Assembly (NCBI RefSeq): GCF_036321535.1
Contig: NC_087436.1
Span: 2,604,001 to 2,668,000 of the forward strand
Source of the DNA: Camelus dromedarius
Lineage: Eukaryota
Direction: 5' to 3'
Length of the DNA: 64,000 nt
In this document: one piece after another, positions 61,101-64,000 of the stretch
Layout of the letters: each line of letters starts with the position of its first letter
Numbering within the stretch: position 1 is the first letter of the stretch
Made by a program: the position numbers and the translations under genes
The notes under the pieces: generated by a model
The model's input: the letters and a program-made list of their open reading frames with translations, nothing else
Told to the model about the DNA's origin: nothing
Databases searched by the model: none

Positions 61101-64000
61101 CACACACTTCCTCTCAGAAATGAGCATGTGGAGAGAAGTTCGTTCATCTAGCACAAAGGGAACGGGTTGCAGGAGAAACTTTTACTCTGGTTTCTCAGTC
61201 TGTTTCCTAGTGCCTGTTTGAAGTTCCTGCATATTTCACTGTAAAACCGAGTTGGAGCTAGTACCTCCACATAAATATGTATGGAGTGGAGTTTGCAAGT
61301 GAAAAGAAACTTTTTGTTCCCAACAAGCTAGGTGAAGGACGGCTTTCACACACACTTATCTCTGAGAACTGAGCATGTGGAGAGACTTTCGTTCATCTAG
61401 CACAAAGGGAACGTGTTACAGGAGAAAGTTTTACTCTGGTTTCTCAGTCTATTTCCTAGTGCCGGTTGGAAGTTCCTGCAGTTTTCACTGTAAAACCGAG
61501 TTGGAGCTAGTACCTCCCCATAAATATGTATGGAGTGGTGTTTGCAACTGAACAGAAACTTTGTGTTCCCAACAAGCTAGGTGAAGTACGGCTTTCACAC
61601 ACATTTTTCTCTCAGAACTGAGCATGTGGAGAGACGTTCGTTCATCTAGCACAAAGGGAACGTGTTGTAGGGGAAACTTTTACTCTGGTTTCTCAGTCTG
61701 TTTCCTAGTGCCGGTTTGAAGTTCCTGCAGTTTTCACTGTAAAACCGAGTTGGAGCTAGTACCTCCCCATATATATGTATGGAGTGGTGTTTGCAACTGA
61801 AAAGAAACTTTGTGTTCCCAACAAGTTAGGTGAAGGACGGCATTCACACACACTAATCTCTCAGAACTGAGCATGTGGAGAGACGTTCGTTCATCTAGCA
61901 CAAAGGGAACGGGTTGCAGGAGAAACTTTTACTGTGGTTTCTCAGTCTGTTTCCTAGTGCCGGTTTGAATTTCCTGCAGTTTTCACTGTAAAAGCGAGTT
62001 GGAGCTAGTACCTCCCCATAAATATATATGGAGTGGGGTTTGAAACTGAAAAGAAATTTTGTGTTCCCAACAGGCTAGGTGAAGGACGGCTTTCACACAC
62101 AGTTATCTCTGAGAACTGAGCATGTGGAGAGACGTTCGTTCATCTAGCACAAAGGGAACGTGTTGCAGGAGAAACTTTTACTCTGGACTCTCAGTATGTT
62201 TCCTAGTGCCGGTTTGAAGTTCCTGCAGTTTTCACAGTCAAACCGAGTTGGAGCTAGTACATCCCCATATATATGTATGGAGTGGAGTTTGCAACTGAAA
62301 AGAAACTTTGTGTTCCCAACAAGCTAGGTGAAGGACGGCTTTCACACACACTTATCTCTCAGAACTGACCATGTGGAGAGACGATCGTTCATCTAGCACA
62401 AAGGGAAGGGTTTGCAGGAGAAACTTTTACTATGGTTTCTCAGTCTGTTTCCTAGTGCCGGTTTGAAGTTCCTGCAGTTTTCACTGTCAAACCGAGTTGG
62501 AGCTAGTACCTCCCCATATATATGTATGGGGTGGAGTTTGCAACTGAAAAGAAACTTTGTGTTCCCAACAAGCTAGGTGAATGACGGCTTTCACACACAC
62601 TTATCTCTCAGAACTGAGCATGTGGAGAGACGATCGTTCATCTAGCACAAAGGGAAGGGTTTGCAGGAGAAACTTTTACTCTGGTTTCTCAGTCTGTTTC
62701 CTAGTGCCGGTTTGAAGTTCCTGCAGTTTTCACTGTCAAACCGAGTTGGAGCTAGTAACTCCCCATATATATGTATGGAGTGGAGTTTGCAACTGAAAAG
62801 AAACTTTGTGTTCCCAACAAGCTAGGTGAAGGACGGCTTTCACACACACTTATCTCTCAGAACGAAGCATGTGGAGAGACGTTCTTTCATCTAGCACAAA
62901 GGGAACGGGTTGTAGGGGAAACTTTTTCTCTGATTTCTCAGTCTGTTTCCTAGTGCCGGTTTGAAGTTCCTGCAGTTTTCACTGTAAAACCGAGTTGGAG
63001 CTAGTACCTCCCCATATATATGTATGCAGTGGTGTTTGCTACTGAAAAGAAACTTTGTGTTCCCAACAAGCTATGTGAAGGACGGCTTTCACACACACTT
63101 ATCTCTCAGAACTGAGCATGTGGAGAGACATTCGTTCATCTAGCACAAAGGGAACGGTTTGCAGGAGAAACTTTTACTCTGGTTTCTCAGTCTGTTTCCT
63201 AGTGCCTGTTTGAAGTTCCTGCAGATTTCACTGTAAAACCGAGTTGGAGCTAGTACCTCAACATAAATATGTATGGAGTGGAGTTTGCAAGTGAAAAGAA
63301 ACTTTTTGTTCCCAACAAGCTAGGTGAAGGACGGCTTTCACACACACTTATCTCTGAGAACTGAGCATGTGGAGAGACTTTCGTTCATCTAGCACAAAGG
63401 GAACGTGTTACAGGAGAAACTTTTACTCTGGTTTCTCAGTCTATTTCCTAGTGCCGGTTGGAAGTTCCTGCAGTTTTCACTGTAAAACCGAGTTGGAGCT
63501 AGTACCTCCCCATAAATATGTATGGAGTGGTGTTTGCAACTGAACAGAAACTTTGTGTTCCCAACAAGCTAGGTGAAGGACGGCTTTCACACACATTTTT
63601 CTCTCAGAACTGAGCATGTGGAGAGACGTTCGTTCATCTAGCAGAAAGGGAACGGGTTGTAGGGGAAACTTTTACTCTGGTTTCTCAGTCTGTTTCCTAG
63701 TGCCGGTTTGAAGTTCCTGCAGTTTTCACTGTAAAACCGAGTTGGAGCTAGTACCTCCCCATATATATGTATGGAGTGGTGTTTGCAACTGAAAAGAAAC
63801 TTTGTGTTCCCAACAAGTTAGGTGAAGGACGGCATTCACACACACTAATCTCTCAGAACTGAGCATGTGGAGAGACGTTCGTTCATCTAGCACAAAGGGA
63901 ACGGGTTGCAGGAGAAACTTTTACTGTGGTTTCTCAGTCTGTTTCCTAGTGCCGGTTTGAATTTCCTGCAGTTTTCACTGTAAAAGCGAGTTGGAGCTAG
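58130..64000 (+). repeat. Three length-variant copies of one HOR (7-, 8- and 9-monomer offsets)
   Basis: AACGAAGCAT occurs at about 58630/60621/62861 (ORFs spaced 1991 and 2240). AAAGCGAG occurs at about 60250/61992/63984 (1742 and 1992). CTGACCATG occurs at about 58134/62365. Confidence 0.85.

Larger units (their letters stand above)
1..64000 (+). repeat. Tandem satellite DNA array, 249-bp monomer, about 257 head-to-tail copies, probably centromeric or pericentromeric
   Basis: The motif AAACTTT(T)ACTCTGG recurs at 1, 250, 499, 748, 997 and so on to 63915. All monomers have the same orientation and differ from consensus by scattered substitutions and 1-2 bp indels. No non-satellite sequence was seen. 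The centromeric assignment is inferred from the organisation only. Confidence 0.99.

Noticed and set aside
1715..62953. All ORFs of 60-82 aa in the supplied track
   Set aside because: Each lies within about one monomer and opens only where a SNP or indel removes a consensus stop. They occur in different frames and strands, recur at HOR spacings, and resemble no protein I recognise.
1..64000. CRISPR array or repeat-spacer system
   Set aside because: There are no unique spacers: the entire 249 bp is repeated, and no cas-like genes are present.
1..64000. Primate alpha satellite (shared short words such as CTCAGAA, GAAACTT, CTTTGTG, GAGTTG)
   Set aside because: The period is 249 rather than 171 bp, I see no colinear similarity, and there is no CENP-B box. 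The shared words are too short to be meaningful.

Overview
The whole 64 kb is one uninterrupted head-to-tail tandem satellite array on a single strand, with about 257 complete monomers plus a partial one starting at 63915. The monomer is 249 bp (mean about 248.7), consensus approximately AAACTTTTACTCTGGTTTCTCAGTCTGTTTCCTAGTGCCGGTTTGAAGTTCCTGCAGTTTTCACTGTAAAACCGAGTTGGAGCTAGTACCTCCCCATATATATGTATGGAGTGGAGTTTGCAACTGAAAAGAAACTTTGTGTTCCCAACAAGCTAGGTGAAGGACGGCTTTCACACACACTTATCTCTCAGAACTGAGCATGTGGAGAGACGTTCGTTCATCTAGCACAAAGGGAACGGGTTGCAGGAG. I see no credible gene, transposon, RNA gene or CRISPR array, and all listed ORFs are chance open frames in repeat monomers. I found no new coding system. The information lies in monomer variants, which show nested higher-order repeats (HORs). 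The ordered left domain (1 to about 27100) has a 10-mer duplication and three near-identical 19-mer (4724 bp) copies. The shuffled middle domain (about 27100-48100) has 4-, 5- and 24-mer offsets, and the right domain (about 48100-64000) has 6-mer, 13/12-mer and 7/8/9-mer units. This organisation resembles eukaryotic centromeric or pericentromeric satellite (inference). I could not identify the species or family, and I found no canonical CENP-B box. All comparisons were made by eye.
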